A stretch of DNA of 64,000 nt from Clostridia bacterium (GCA_900769075.1 CAAGFE010000111.1:752-64751), one strand, 5' to 3'. Positions 8,593 through 18,560 are shown, counted from the first letter of the stretch. The notes: generated by a model from the sequence alone, not told the origin. Translations and numbers: made by a program.

Positions 8593-8630
8593 AATCCCCG
8601 GGTTTGTGTGGCCCGGGGATTGCTGCTTTG
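8593..8630 (+). terminator. Hairpin terminator after the coiled-coil gene (perfect 10-bp stem AATCCCCGGG/CCCGGGGATT, 9-nt loop, then GCTGCTTTGTCC)
   Basis: Inverted repeat at 8593-8602 and 8612-8621. Downstream tract is T-containing. Confidence 0.5.
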
Positions 8631-8663
8631 TCCACAGATGCGGAACAAAGAAGGAGGCTGCCC

Positions 8664-9110
8664 ATGTCCGTATACCTCAAGCCGGTGGATGAAGACAATT
8701 TCCTGGAGGTATTTCGCCTGAAGCTGGGGGCGGGACAGGACGAATATGTGTCCCACCCGATCCGCAGCCTTGCCCAGGCGTATGTGTACCGTGCCCAGTG
8801 CCAGCCCTTTGCCATCTGCGCGGAGGAGCGTGTGGTCGGCTATGTGATGGTGATCTATGATGACGACATCCCGGAATACGACATCTGGCACATGATGATC
8901 GACGCATCCCACCAGGGCCGGGGGTATGGCAGAGCCGCCCTCCGGCTGGTGCTGGAATATATCCGCCGGAAGCCCTTTGGCGATTCCAGCCGGGTTGCCC
9001 TGACCTGCCACCGGGAGAACGCGCCGGCCCTTGCGCTGTACCGGTCGATGGGCTTTGCGCCCACCGGTCAGCAGGACGAAGACGAACTGGAGCTTGCCCT
9101 CACGCTGTGA
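8664..9110 (+). CDS. GNAT family N-acetyltransferase, 148 aa
   Basis: MSVYLKPVDEDNFLEVFRL...HQGRGYGRAAL... is a GNAT acetyl-CoA binding motif (Q/RxxGxG/A). GAAGGAGG RBS before ATG at 8664. Confidence 0.65.
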   Translation: MSVYLKPVDEDNFLEVFRLKLGAGQDEYVSHPIRSLAQAYVYRAQCQPFAICAEERVVGYVMVIYDDDIPEYDIWHMMIDASHQGRGYGRAALRLVLEYIRRKPFGDSSRVALTCHRENAPALALYRSMGFAPTGQQDEDELELALTL

Positions 9111-9128
9111 TTGGCAGCAGCGCCCGCA

Positions 9129-9365
9129 TCCCCCGTATGCATCCCGCATACGGGGGATACTGCGTATCGGCAAAGTGCCTGGGCACTTTGCCGAGAGGCT
9201 GAAGAATGTTTTCCTCCGCAAAATGGCATTATGCTGCGGAAAACGCCCCGCCCGACCGGCAAAGCCGGCCGATACGAATTCGGTCAGAGGGCCTGCGGGC
9301 CCTCCGACACCTCCCATGGGTTTGTTGATGATCTGTCCTCCGTATGCACCCTGCATACGGGGGAT
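9129..9365. repeat. Cluster of strong hairpins: two copies of a CCGTATGCA..TGCATACGG(GGGA) stem-loop (9129-9156 and 9339-9365) plus a perfect 11-bp inverted repeat GGCAAAGTGCC/GGCACTTTGCC (9169-9192)
   Basis: Direct reading. Stems are 9-11 bp perfect. None is followed by a U-tract. Confidence 0.5.
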
Positions 9366-9495
9366 ATTTGTTTGTTGGGGCATTCAGGCTGCGGCGCCCG
9401 AGAGCATGCGAAGCAGCGGAGAAGAATGTTTCAAAAAATTGAGAAACAACGCATAAAGCGAATGAAAATTGCTGACTATTACAGTTTTTTCTCTT

Positions 9496-9510
9496 CCGAA
9501 AACGTTTCCA
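9496..9510 (+). promoter_or_regulatory. cre-like (CcpA-type) near-palindrome CCGAAAACGTTTCCA upstream of module-1 promoter
   Basis: Matches the cre core G-AA-CG-TT-C. Two mismatches to the WTGNAANCGNWNNCW consensus at the 5' end. Confidence 0.25.
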
Positions 9511-9586
9511 TCCGACAAGAATACGAGAACATTTGTAATATAAGGAAAATTTCAGGCCAAAATATACACATATTCCACAAGAGCTA

Positions 9587-9615
9587 TTGCCAAGTTTCCA
9601 TGTATATGATAAAAT
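9587..9615 (+). promoter_or_regulatory. Putative promoter of module 1 (-35 TTGCCA, 17-nt spacer, -10 TAAAAT) inside an AT-rich island
   Basis: TTGCCAagtttccatgtatatgaTAAAAT. Lies about 50 nt upstream of GTG 9666. The local GC is far below the window average. Confidence 0.4.
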
Positions 9616-9665
9616 CCAGATATGATGAAACAAACGTATATGATGGATATGTAGGGGGATTCGTT

Positions 9666-12503
9666 GTGAAGCGTATGCTGAAAATCTGGAGTTGCCTCTG
9701 TGTGCTGCTTCTGATTCTGCCGCTGCATGCGGCCGGTGAAAGCCTGACGCAGCTTTATCTGGAACGCTCAGATAAGAATGATTATGCTGCGTATCTTGCT
9801 TCCGTGGGCGAACCGGCGATCGTGACAGACAGCATGAAGCTCTATGAGGCCGAAGAAGGGACGCTGCTGGCCGAGGGTGAACAGCTGACCTTCCCAGTGT
9901 CCGTGGCGCAGAGCATCTTCGGTTATCCCGTGCTGACCTACGCCATGACCGGCAGCAACATCCTGGACAACGGCATTACCCTGATGGTGGACGGCAAGCT
10001 CCCCTATGCGGAGTGCAGCACCCTGACCCTTGACAGCCTGTGGACGCAGAGCGGGACATTCAATCTGGACCGCTACGGCAACGAGGTCGTGTCCATGCCG
10101 GTGAAGTCCCACGACATCACCTCCTGCCGGCTGATGGGCAAGGCCGGGATGTACGCCAAGGGCATGGGCCTGTACCTGACAGCGGGCGAGCACGAGATCA
10201 CCGTCATCTGCCGGGTAGGCCCCTTCCGGCTGTACAGCATGACGCTGGAAGGCGAGATTCCCGTTCTGCAGGCCGCCCAGGGCAAGCCCCAGGGCGAAGC
10301 CCTCATCACCCTGCAGGCCGAGCAGGTGCCGGTGCGCAACAACCCCAACATCCGCCCGCTGGCTGATTACGACATGCGCCTGACGCCTTACTCCAGCGGC
10401 AAGAAGGTCATCAATCATATTGACGATACTTCCTATAAGTATCCCGGCGATACGCTCACCTACACCTTCACCGTGGAGGAAGCCGGGTATTACGCCATGG
10501 CGCTGCGGCTGAGGCAGGGCGAGCTGGCAAACTTCCCGGTATACCGCACGGTGCTGATCGACGGCGTCATCCCCGGCCCCGCCTTTGAGAATGCCGAGCT
10601 TGGCTACACCCTGCAATTCCGGAATCAGACCCTGCTGGATGAAAACGGCAGCCCTGCCCTCCTGCACCTGACCGAGGGCGAGCATACCCTGACGCTGCTG
10701 ACCAGCGTGGATCCCCTTCGCCCTTCACTCCTGCTTTTGCAGACCATCTCCGACGAAATTGCGGATCTTTCCCTGCAGATCACCAAGATCACCGGCGGCA
10801 ATACGGATTTCTTCCGGGACTTCGCGCTGGAGGATTTTGATTTTCACATCGCGGATGACCTGACCCGCTGGATCGGCGAACTGACGGCTGTCCGGGCAGA
10901 GCTGGGCAGGATCGCCCATGCGGAGGGGCGCGTCGGTGCGCTGTCCAACCTGGACATGGCCATTCAGGCCCTGGAACAGCTTGCCACGGAACCGGATAAT
11001 CTGCCCAAGAAGCTGACCCTGTTTTCCCAGGGTTCCTCCTCCGCGCGGGGCTTCCTGGTCAGCACGGTGGAGAGCCTCTCCACCAGCCCCGTGGGGCTGG
11101 ACGCGATCTACCTCTATACAAAGGAAGAGCTCCTGCCCAAGGAGCCTAATTTCCTGGAGCGCGCAGCCGACACCGTCCGGCGCTTTGCGGCTTCCTTCAC
11201 CGATGACAGCTATGTGGCGGACAACGCCGACGAAAGCAAGCTCCAGGTGTGGGTGAACCGTCCCCGTCAGTACCTGGAAATCCTCCAGCGCATGGCGGAC
11301 ACCACCTTCACCCCCGCCACGGGCATTGAGGTCGAGTTCTCCATCATGCCCGATGAGAGCAAGCTCATCCTGGCCAATGCCTCCGGCACCGCGCCGGACG
11401 TGGCGCTGGGGGTCTCCACCACCCGCGTGTATGACCTGGCAGTCCGCGGCGCGCTGAAGAACCTGCGGGCGTATGAGGACTTCGCCGCGGTGGGCAAGTG
11501 GTTCCCCACGGGATTGCTGATGCCCGCTGTCTGCGACGACGGCCTGTACGCCCTGCCGGAAACCTTCAACTTCAATGTGCTCTTCTACCGCAAGGATATC
11601 CTGGATTCCATCGGGCTGGAGGTGCCCAACTCCTACGAGGAAGTGCTGCAGATGCTCCCCGCGCTCCACCGCTACGGCCTGAACTACAACAATTTCGTGG
11701 CCAATGCGGTGGGCTACAAGGCCTTCTCCATCACCACGCCCTTCCTGTACCAGAACGGCGCTGTGCTGTATGCGGACGGCAATCTCCACGTTCAGCTGGA
11801 CACGGAGGAAGCCATCGAAGCCCTCAAGGTGATGACGGATTCCTTCGTCATCTATGACATGGACTTTGAGGTCAACAGCTTCTACCAGAGCTTCCGCGAC
11901 GGTACGCTCCCCATCGGCACCTCCAATTACGGCATGTACAACCTGGTGATGAACGCCGCGCCGGAGCTGGCGGACAAGTGGGCCATCGCCCTCTACCCCG
12001 GATTGACGGACGAAAACGGTGAGGTGCAGCGCTGGATCTCCGGCGCGGAGCAGAGCTGCTTCATCTTCGACAGCACCAACATGCCCGAGGCCTCCTGGCA
12101 GTTCCTCTCCTGGTGGATGAGCGAGGAGATCCAGACGGAGTTCGCCTTTACCCTCCAGTCCACCCTGGGCAATGAATACATGTGGAACAGCGCCAATTCG
12201 GCCGCCTACATGAACGCGCCCTGGCCCACGGAGCACAAGAAGATCATTGCCGAGCAGATGAACTGGATCTACGAAACGCCCCGCAACCCCGGTTCCTACA
12301 TGGTGGAACGTGAGCTCTCCAACGCAGTCAACGCCGTGTGCCTGGAGGGCAAAAACCTCCGCGCGGCGCTGGATGAAGCGATCAAGCGCATTGACCGTGA
12401 GCTGGAGCGCAAGCTGGAGGAATTTGGCCGCATGAAGGATGGACAGCTGACCCAGCCCTTCATCGTGCCGGACATCAATACAGTGAAGGAGTGGCTGGAA
12501 TGA
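9666..12503 (+). CDS. Large secreted bipartite glycan-binding/solute-binding protein (module 1): signal peptide + two CBM-like beta-sandwich repeats + C-terminal family-1 extracellular solute-binding domain, 945 aa
   Basis: GTG start at 9666 with AGGGGG RBS. Signal peptide [19 protein letters not shown]. The N-terminal half has two tandem repeats ending in AGEHEITV and [10 protein letters not shown]. The C-terminal half ([14 protein letters not shown]...) is a clear paralog of the SBP domain of 39627-42551. Confidence 0.7.
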   Translation: MKRMLKIWSCLCVLLLILPLHAAGESLTQLYLERSDKNDYAAYLASVGEPAIVTDSMKLYEAEEGTLLAEGEQLTFPVSVAQSIFGYPVLTYAMTGSNILDNGITLMVDGKLPYAECSTLTLDSLWTQSGTFNLDRYGNEVVSMPVKSHDITSCRLMGKAGMYAKGMGLYLTAGEHEITVICRVGPFRLYSMTLEGEIPVLQAAQGKPQGEALITLQAEQVPVRNNPNIRPLADYDMRLTPYSSGKKVINHIDDTSYKYPGDTLTYTFTVEEAGYYAMALRLRQGELANFPVYRTVLIDGVIPGPAFENAELGYTLQFRNQTLLDENGSPALLHLTEGEHTLTLLTSVDPLRPSLLLLQTISDEIADLSLQITKITGGNTDFFRDFALEDFDFHIADDLTRWIGELTAVRAELGRIAHAEGRVGALSNLDMAIQALEQLATEPDNLPKKLTLFSQGSSSARGFLVSTVESLSTSPVGLDAIYLYTKEELLPKEPNFLERAADTVRRFAASFTDDSYVADNADESKLQVWVNRPRQYLEILQRMADTTFTPATGIEVEFSIMPDESKLILANASGTAPDVALGVSTTRVYDLAVRGALKNLRAYEDFAAVGKWFPTGLLMPAVCDDGLYALPETFNFNVLFYRKDILDSIGLEVPNSYEEVLQMLPALHRYGLNYNNFVANAVGYKAFSITTPFLYQNGAVLYADGNLHVQLDTEEAIEALKVMTDSFVIYDMDFEVNSFYQSFRDGTLPIGTSNYGMYNLVMNAAPELADKWAIALYPGLTDENGEVQRWISGAEQSCFIFDSTNMPEASWQFLSWWMSEEIQTEFAFTLQSTLGNEYMWNSANSAAYMNAPWPTEHKKIIAEQMNWIYETPRNPGSYMVERELSNAVNAVCLEGKNLRAALDEAIKRIDRELERKLEEFGRMKDGQLTQPFIVPDINTVKEWLE

Positions 12504-13408
12504 CCAAGGCTGTCAAAATGCGCGGCCCCAGGGATCAACACATTGCATGGGCATTCCTCGCTCCCTACATCCTGCTGTTCACGCTGTTCATCATCGTGCC
12601 GGTGGTGATCGCCATCGGGCTGTCCTTCACGAACTTCAACACCATCCAGGCGCCTGATTTCGTGGGCTTCATGAACTATGTGAACCTCCTGACCCGCGAC
12701 GCGATCTTCATGCAGTACGTCCTGCCCAACACGATCCTCTTCGCCATCATCGTGGGGCCCGGCGGATACCTGCTGTCGTTCTTCCTGGCCTGGTGTCTGA
12801 GCCAGATCACCAAGGGCCCGCGCACGGTGCTGGCGCTGCTGATCTACAGCCCCTCCATGACCTCCGGCGTGGCGATGAACGTCGTCTGGCGCATCATCTT
12901 CTCCGGCGATGAGCGCGGCTACCTGAACGCGCTGCTGCTGAATCTGGGCTGGATCTCAGAGCCCATTCAGTTCCTGCAGTCCACCCAGTACCTGATGCCG
13001 GTGATGATCATCGTGGCCCTGTGGTCCTCCATGGGCGTGGGCTTCCTGGCGATGCTGGCCGGCATGATGAACATTGATGAGAGCGTCTATGAAGCGGCGG
13101 AGATCGACGGATTGCGCAACCGCTTCCAGGAAGTGTTCTACATCACCATTCCCATGATGAAGCCCCAGATGCTCTTCGGCCTGGTGATGGCGGTGGTCAA
13201 CACCTTCCAGGTGGGCCACATCGGCGTGAGCCTGTCCGGCGCGAACCCCACGCCCCAGTACGCAGGTCAGCTGATCGTCAACCTGATCGAGGACTACGGC
13301 TTCATCCGCTACGAGATGGGCTACGCATCCGCTGCCTCCGTGGTGCTCCTCGTGCTGATCTACACCATCACCCGCTGGAGCGGCAAGATGTTCAAGGAAG
13401 ACGAATGA
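12500..13408 (+). CDS. CUT1 ABC transporter permease, MalF/UgpA-type (module 1), 302 aa
   Basis: Six TM segments and the EAAEIDG permease signature. ATG at 12500 overlaps the upstream stop as ATGA. Paralog of 42548-43432. Confidence 0.8.
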   Translation: MTKAVKMRGPRDQHIAWAFLAPYILLFTLFIIVPVVIAIGLSFTNFNTIQAPDFVGFMNYVNLLTRDAIFMQYVLPNTILFAIIVGPGGYLLSFFLAWCLSQITKGPRTVLALLIYSPSMTSGVAMNVVWRIIFSGDERGYLNALLLNLGWISEPIQFLQSTQYLMPVMIIVALWSSMGVGFLAMLAGMMNIDESVYEAAEIDGLRNRFQEVFYITIPMMKPQMLFGLVMAVVNTFQVGHIGVSLSGANPTPQYAGQLIVNLIEDYGFIRYEMGYASAASVVLLVLIYTITRWSGKMFKEDE

Positions 13409-13421
13409 AAGGGAGAACGCC

Positions 13422-15443
13422 ATGCGCATCAAACGCATCCTGGTATTCCTGCTCTGTTTGGCGCTTCTGCCCCTGACTGCCCGGGCGGATGAGGCGCCCT
13501 ACTACACCCTGACTGAGATCTACTCCAGCGAGGCGGCTCACTCTCCCGCAGGCTACCTGCCGGAGGGGACTTACACCGAGTTTGACGGGAAGGCCCTCAA
13601 GCGCCCGGCGGACGTGTTTGTAGATGACGAGGATCATCTGTTCATCTCCGATGAAGGCAACAAGCGCGTGCTGATGTGCACGCTGGAGGGCGAGTGGATC
13701 CGCACCTTCGGCAGCAAGGACCTCAAGCAGCCCGGCGGCCTCTACGTCCGGGACGGGAAGCTCTATGTGGCGGACCTGAAGCTCCAGCAGGTTGTGGTCT
13801 ATGACGTCGCAACCGGTGAGCAGGTCTTTGCCCTGGTGCATCCCGGCACGCCGCTGTACGGTGTGAAGGCCAGATTTGAGCCGCTGAAGGTCGCCGTGGA
13901 TGCGGCGGGCAGCATGTATGTCATCTCCAAGGGCAACACCAACGGCATTGCCCAGTTTGCCGCAGACGGCACCTTCCTTGGTTACTTCGGTGCCAATGAT
14001 ACCCGTCTCAGCCTGGGCGAGATGCTCAAGCGCCTCACCTACACCGAGGAGCAGCTGGCCAAGCTCAAGCGGGTGATCCCTGCCACACCCACCAGCGTGG
14101 ATATGGACGGGCGCGGTCTGCTCTATACCGTCACCACCGGCGTCAGGGGCGTGAAGCGCCTGAACATGTCCGGCCTGAACATCATGGAACCCACCGGCTG
14201 GGGGCATGACAACACCATTGACGTGGCGGTGGGCGCTCAGGAGAACATCTTCGTCATCAACGAGCTGGGCTACATCATGGAGTACACCCGGGACGGGCGC
14301 TGCCTGTTCTACTTCGGCGGCCAGGATCAGGATCGTACCCGCACGGGCCTGTTCGTCAACACGGTCGCCATCGACGTGGATCAGTACGGCAATCTGTACG
14401 TCCTTGACCGCGACAAGGCGCTGGTGCAGCGCTTTGCCGTGACGGACTATGCAAACCTGGTTCACCGTGGTCTGGCCCTTTATCAGGAGGGCCGCTACGC
14501 CGAAAGCCGCGAGCCCTGGGAACAGGTGCTGGAGCTCAACGCCATGTTTGACTATGCCCACATGGGTCTGGGCCGGGCGTATTACAAGCTGGAAATGTAC
14601 GAGGAGGCCATGCGGGCCTCCCGCCGGGGCGGGGACAAGGAAGGCTACTCCGATTCCTTCTGGGAAGTCCGCAATGTCGTCCTCCAGGGCGGCATCATGT
14701 GGATGATCGGCGGCCTGCTCGCGCTTTTCCTCGTCAGAAAGCTCTGGAAGCTGCTCAAGGCCCGTGTGAAGCCCGTGCAGACCTGCTGCGCCAGGGTGCA
14801 TGCCATCTTCGATGTGAAGCTGCTGCACGAGCTGAAATTCATGACCTACTTCCTCCGCAATCCGGCGGATGCCTTCTACGGCGTGAAGCATGAGGGCAAG
14901 GTCAGCGTCCTGTCCGCGACGATCCTCTACATCGCGGTGATCGTGATCTACATCGTCAACAAGTATTTCTGCGGCTTCCTGTTCAAGTCCATCCCCGACG
15001 GGCAGTTCGAGGTTGGCGTGGATCTGGTGCTTCTCATCGGCGGCATTGCCCTGTTCCTGATCGCCTGCAACCTGATCTGCTCCATCCGTGACGGCGAGGG
15101 CACCTTCAAGCAGATGTACTGCTCCTTCGCCTACGCGCTGGGCCCGTATGTGATGCTGGGGCCCATCACCTTCGCGCTGTCCTTCGTGCTGACGTTCAAC
15201 GAGGCGTTCATCATCACCCTCATGGATGTTGTCACGCTTGGCCTGTGCCTGATGCTGGTGGTGATGATGGTCAAGTCGCTCCAGAACTACAGCTTCACCG
15301 AAACCTTCGCGGCGCTGCTGCTGACGCTGTTCACCATGCTGATGATCGTCATTGCACTGGTCATTGCGGCGGCCCTGGTGGCGCAGCTGTGGGAGTTCCT
15401 GACGGCCGTGTGGAAGGAGGCCCGATTCTACAATGAAGTGTAA
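13422..15443 (+). CDS. Signal peptide + NHL-repeat beta-propeller + TPR + C-terminal Yip1-family polytopic membrane domain protein (module 1), 673 aa
   Basis: MRIKRILVFLLCLALLPLTARA signal peptide. Repeated ...LYVAD/...MYVISKGNTNGI... NHL blades. TPR-like ALYQEGRYAESREPWEQVLELNAMFDYAHMGLGRAYYKLEMYEEAM. Five C-terminal TM helices with the Yip1-like LRNPADAFYG motif. Paralog of 44328-46364. Confidence 0.7.
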   Translation: MRIKRILVFLLCLALLPLTARADEAPYYTLTEIYSSEAAHSPAGYLPEGTYTEFDGKALKRPADVFVDDEDHLFISDEGNKRVLMCTLEGEWIRTFGSKDLKQPGGLYVRDGKLYVADLKLQQVVVYDVATGEQVFALVHPGTPLYGVKARFEPLKVAVDAAGSMYVISKGNTNGIAQFAADGTFLGYFGANDTRLSLGEMLKRLTYTEEQLAKLKRVIPATPTSVDMDGRGLLYTVTTGVRGVKRLNMSGLNIMEPTGWGHDNTIDVAVGAQENIFVINELGYIMEYTRDGRCLFYFGGQDQDRTRTGLFVNTVAIDVDQYGNLYVLDRDKALVQRFAVTDYANLVHRGLALYQEGRYAESREPWEQVLELNAMFDYAHMGLGRAYYKLEMYEEAMRASRRGGDKEGYSDSFWEVRNVVLQGGIMWMIGGLLALFLVRKLWKLLKARVKPVQTCCARVHAIFDVKLLHELKFMTYFLRNPADAFYGVKHEGKVSVLSATILYIAVIVIYIVNKYFCGFLFKSIPDGQFEVGVDLVLLIGGIALFLIACNLICSIRDGEGTFKQMYCSFAYALGPYVMLGPITFALSFVLTFNEAFIITLMDVVTLGLCLMLVVMMVKSLQNYSFTETFAALLLTLFTMLMIVIALVIAAALVAQLWEFLTAVWKEARFYNEV

Positions 15444-17589
15444 ATGGCTGATCCTCCTGGCCCTGCTGCTGCTGCTGCTGCCGGCCCTTGCCCTGGCGGA
15501 CACGCATACGGTGGAAAACGAGCGCCTCCTCCTGACCATTGACGACGCCACCCTGTACATGACCGTCACCGACAAGGCCACCGGCAAGCACTTTGCAAGC
15601 AGCATCGAACCGGATTCCGGCAAGCTCACGGGATGGAAAGCCTTCGTGGCGTCCCCCCTGGTGCTGGATGTGGTGGACGGTCAGTCCGTCATCACCAAGC
15701 AGCAGGCGCTGATGGGCAATCAGGTCGCCATTGATTTCACGCTCCTGGCTAACGGCGCGGATGCACGGGTGGACTTCACCGCCCTGGGCGTGAGGATCAA
15801 GCTGGAGATCCGGCTGGACGAGGATTCCGTGGCCATCACCATGCCCAAGGACGGTCTGGAGGAATATCCGGTCTCCAAGGGCGTGGATAAGAACACCGGC
15901 GCGGAGAGCTTCACCGATACCCGCGTGTGCGGCGTGTACCTGCTTCCCTGCTTCGGTGCGACGGAGCTGGACGAGAAGTCGGGCTACATGCTGGTGCCGG
16001 AAGCGGCGGGGGCGCTCATCGCCTTCTCCAATGGCCGGGGCGTGGGCAACACCCCCTTCAGCAAGCGCATCTACGGCACGAACATCGGCGTGGACAAGTC
16101 GGTCATGACGGCTTTGAACCGCCCTGCCGAGCAGATCACCATGCCGGTTTACGGCATGGCGTATACCGATGAGGGGCTGGGCTACCTGGCCGTGGTGGAG
16201 AATGGCTCCGAAGCCGCCGAGATCATGGCCTACCCCGCCGGCGTCATCACCAATTACAACTGGGCGGCCGCGCACTTCACCCTGCGCGAGCAGTTCATCG
16301 CCCAGACCACCCGCACCCTGGGCCTCAACAGCCGCGAAAGCAAGCCCTACCTGCGGGACATGACCGTGCGCTTCTACATTCTCTCCGGCGAAGATGCAAG
16401 CTACACCGGCATGGCCCAACGCTACCGCAGAGCCCTGCAGGAAAGCGGCGGGCTCAACGCCGCGGATACCGCCTATCGCCCCCGCGTGGATTTTCTGGGG
16501 GCCGAAAGCGCGGAGTTCCTGCTGTGGAACAGCGTGGAGCCCATGACCACCGTGGCGCAGATGGGGGAGATCATCGCAAGCTGCGATGAGAGCGGCGTCA
16601 GCGATCCGCTGGTGATCTACCGGGGCTGGCAGCCCGGCGGCCTGACCTGGGCGCTCGGCAGCGGAAGCGTGGAGCTGGAGCGCAAACTGGGCAAAGCGGA
16701 TGACCTGATCGCCCTGGCCCGGTCTGTCAGGGAAAGCGGCGGAAAGTTCATGCTGGAGATCGACCCGGTGCAGGCCAATCCCAACCGTGTGTACAACAAT
16801 CGGGTGGATGTGGTGCGCACCATCGGCCAGACCATCGCTGAGCATCAGACCGGCAAGGAGCTTTTCCCGACCATGTACTACCTCACGCCCAGCCGTTCAA
16901 GCGAGATTCTCCAGGCGATTTCGGACAAATGGGGCGGGCATGTGGACGGCCTGGCGCTGGTCACGCTGCCCAACACCCTGTTCTCCTATTACGCCCGCGG
17001 CGGCAATCACTCCCGCGGCGACACGCTGGCCGCCTATCAGGACATGCTGGCAAACACCAACGCGGTGCTTGCCCTGCAGAACCCCCTCAGCGGCTACCTG
17101 GAGCAGACGGATGTGTTCCTCGATCTGCCCCTGGATACCACCAGCTATTCCTTCCTGTCGGCGGAGGTGCCCTTCCTGCCCATGGTGCTCAGCGGGAGCA
17201 TCCCCTACTATTCCACCTGGCTGAACTTCGAGAGCAACCAGCACAAGGCGCTGCTCAAGCTGGTGGAGTACGGCGCCTATCCCTCCTGGCTGCTGACCGG
17301 TGAGGACGTGCAGCCCCTGATCCACACCAACTCCTCCGATGTGTTCTCCGCCAAATGGGACGTGCTGCTGCCCACGATGGCGGACATCAACGCCCGGCTG
17401 CAGGCCCTGCACGAGGCCATCGGCGGAAGCCGCATGATCAAGCATGAGCTGCTGGCGTCCGACGTCGTCAAGGTGACCTACGAAAACGGGACGCTGGTAT
17501 ACGTCAACTACCGCAAGGCGGAGGCCGCCATCGACGGCGTGAGCATTCCGGCCCTGGACTACCTGGTGAAAGGAGGCGATGCGCGATGA
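15433..17589 (+). CDS. Secreted protein of unknown function (module 1), 718 aa; N-terminal beta-rich region + putative (beta/alpha)-barrel-like core; DUF-type, possibly glycoside-hydrolase-like
   Basis: Signal peptide MKCKWLILLALLLLLLPALALA. Conserved blocks shared with 46348-48915 (PVYGMAYTDEG / PVFGMVHTDSE; IYRGWQPGGLT / TYRGWQKNGLT; FLPMVLSGSIPYY / FLTIALSGQIPYY). Start overlaps the upstream stop by 11 nt. Confidence 0.6.
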   Translation: MKCKWLILLALLLLLLPALALADTHTVENERLLLTIDDATLYMTVTDKATGKHFASSIEPDSGKLTGWKAFVASPLVLDVVDGQSVITKQQALMGNQVAIDFTLLANGADARVDFTALGVRIKLEIRLDEDSVAITMPKDGLEEYPVSKGVDKNTGAESFTDTRVCGVYLLPCFGATELDEKSGYMLVPEAAGALIAFSNGRGVGNTPFSKRIYGTNIGVDKSVMTALNRPAEQITMPVYGMAYTDEGLGYLAVVENGSEAAEIMAYPAGVITNYNWAAAHFTLREQFIAQTTRTLGLNSRESKPYLRDMTVRFYILSGEDASYTGMAQRYRRALQESGGLNAADTAYRPRVDFLGAESAEFLLWNSVEPMTTVAQMGEIIASCDESGVSDPLVIYRGWQPGGLTWALGSGSVELERKLGKADDLIALARSVRESGGKFMLEIDPVQANPNRVYNNRVDVVRTIGQTIAEHQTGKELFPTMYYLTPSRSSEILQAISDKWGGHVDGLALVTLPNTLFSYYARGGNHSRGDTLAAYQDMLANTNAVLALQNPLSGYLEQTDVFLDLPLDTTSYSFLSAEVPFLPMVLSGSIPYYSTWLNFESNQHKALLKLVEYGAYPSWLLTGEDVQPLIHTNSSDVFSAKWDVLLPTMADINARLQALHEAIGGSRMIKHELLASDVVKVTYENGTLVYVNYRKAEAAIDGVSIPALDYLVKGGDAR

Positions 17590-18560
17590 AAAAGCTACGC
17601 ATCGGCCTGGTCACCCGGCGCGAAATGAAGGGCTATGTGTTCCTGCTCCCGTGGCTGATTGGTTTTGTGACCTTCTTTCTGATCCCGCTGGTTCAGTCTG
17701 TGTGGTACTCCTGGCATGATGTGAAGGTCACCGCCAATGGCCTGAAAATGGTTTGGGTCGGCTGGGATAATTACCGTTACATCTTCCGGGGAGATACCGT
17801 CTTTGTGGAACAGCTGAGCAACTTCTTCACCGATGCCGTGCTGCGCCTGGCGGTGATTCTGGTGTTCTCCCTGGTGATCGCCATGATGCTCAATCAGCCC
17901 CTGAGGGGCAAGGGGATCTTCCGCACGCTGTTCTTCCTGCCCATCATCGTGGTGTCCGGCCCCGTGCTGGAGCGCCTGGTGAACGAGGGCGCAACGGCGG
18001 TGCCCCTGATTGAATCCTACGGTGTGAACGGAATCGTTGAGGCGATGCTGCCGCCCATGCTGGCGCGTCCGCTCTCCGGCCTGTTCAGCCAGCTGATCCT
18101 GGTGCTGTGGTACTCCGGCGTGCCGATTCTCATCTACATGACCGGCCTGCAGAAGATTGACAGCACCCTCTATGAAGCTTCCATGATCGACGGCGCCAAC
18201 GGCTGGGTTTCCTTCTGGAAGATCACCCTGCCTGCGCTGCGCCCGATGATCCTCATCAACGGCGTGTATACGATGGTGTTCCTGGCAACCACGGGCCTGA
18301 ATGAGGTCATCGCAACGATCAATGCGCGCATGTTTGCCGACAGCAGCCGGGGCGGCGGCTACGGCATTGCCAGCGCGATGGCCTGGGTGTACGCGCTGTG
18401 CCTGGCGGCAGCCCTGATCGTCCTGCTGCTGATCACCAGGGAACGCAAAGGGCAGCAGATCGCCATCCAGAAGACCGGCGAGCAGATCGCCATTGAGCGG
18501 ATGCACGCAGAGCGCGCCAGGAACATGAAGCGGAAGGGAGGAAAGAGGCATGGCAGATAA
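17586..18560 (+). CDS. CUT1 ABC transporter permease, MalF-type (second transporter of module 1), 324 aa
   Basis: TM-rich protein with EASMIDGANGW permease loop. ATGA overlap with the upstream gene. Paralog of 48905-49894. Confidence 0.8.
   Translation: MKKLRIGLVTRREMKGYVFLLPWLIGFVTFFLIPLVQSVWYSWHDVKVTANGLKMVWVGWDNYRYIFRGDTVFVEQLSNFFTDAVLRLAVILVFSLVIAMMLNQPLRGKGIFRTLFFLPIIVVSGPVLERLVNEGATAVPLIESYGVNGIVEAMLPPMLARPLSGLFSQLILVLWYSGVPILIYMTGLQKIDSTLYEASMIDGANGWVSFWKITLPALRPMILINGVYTMVFLATTGLNEVIATINARMFADSSRGGGYGIASAMAWVYALCLAAALIVLLLITRERKGQQIAIQKTGEQIAIERMHAERARNMKRKGGKRHGR

Noticed and set aside
9111-9665. Track ORF 9111-12503 (1130 aa) begins 555 nt upstream of the chosen SBP-fusion start
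   Set aside because: The 5' extension reads through an AT-rich, hairpin-containing intergenic region with no RBS. The GTG at 9666 has an AGGGGG RBS and yields a proper signal peptide.
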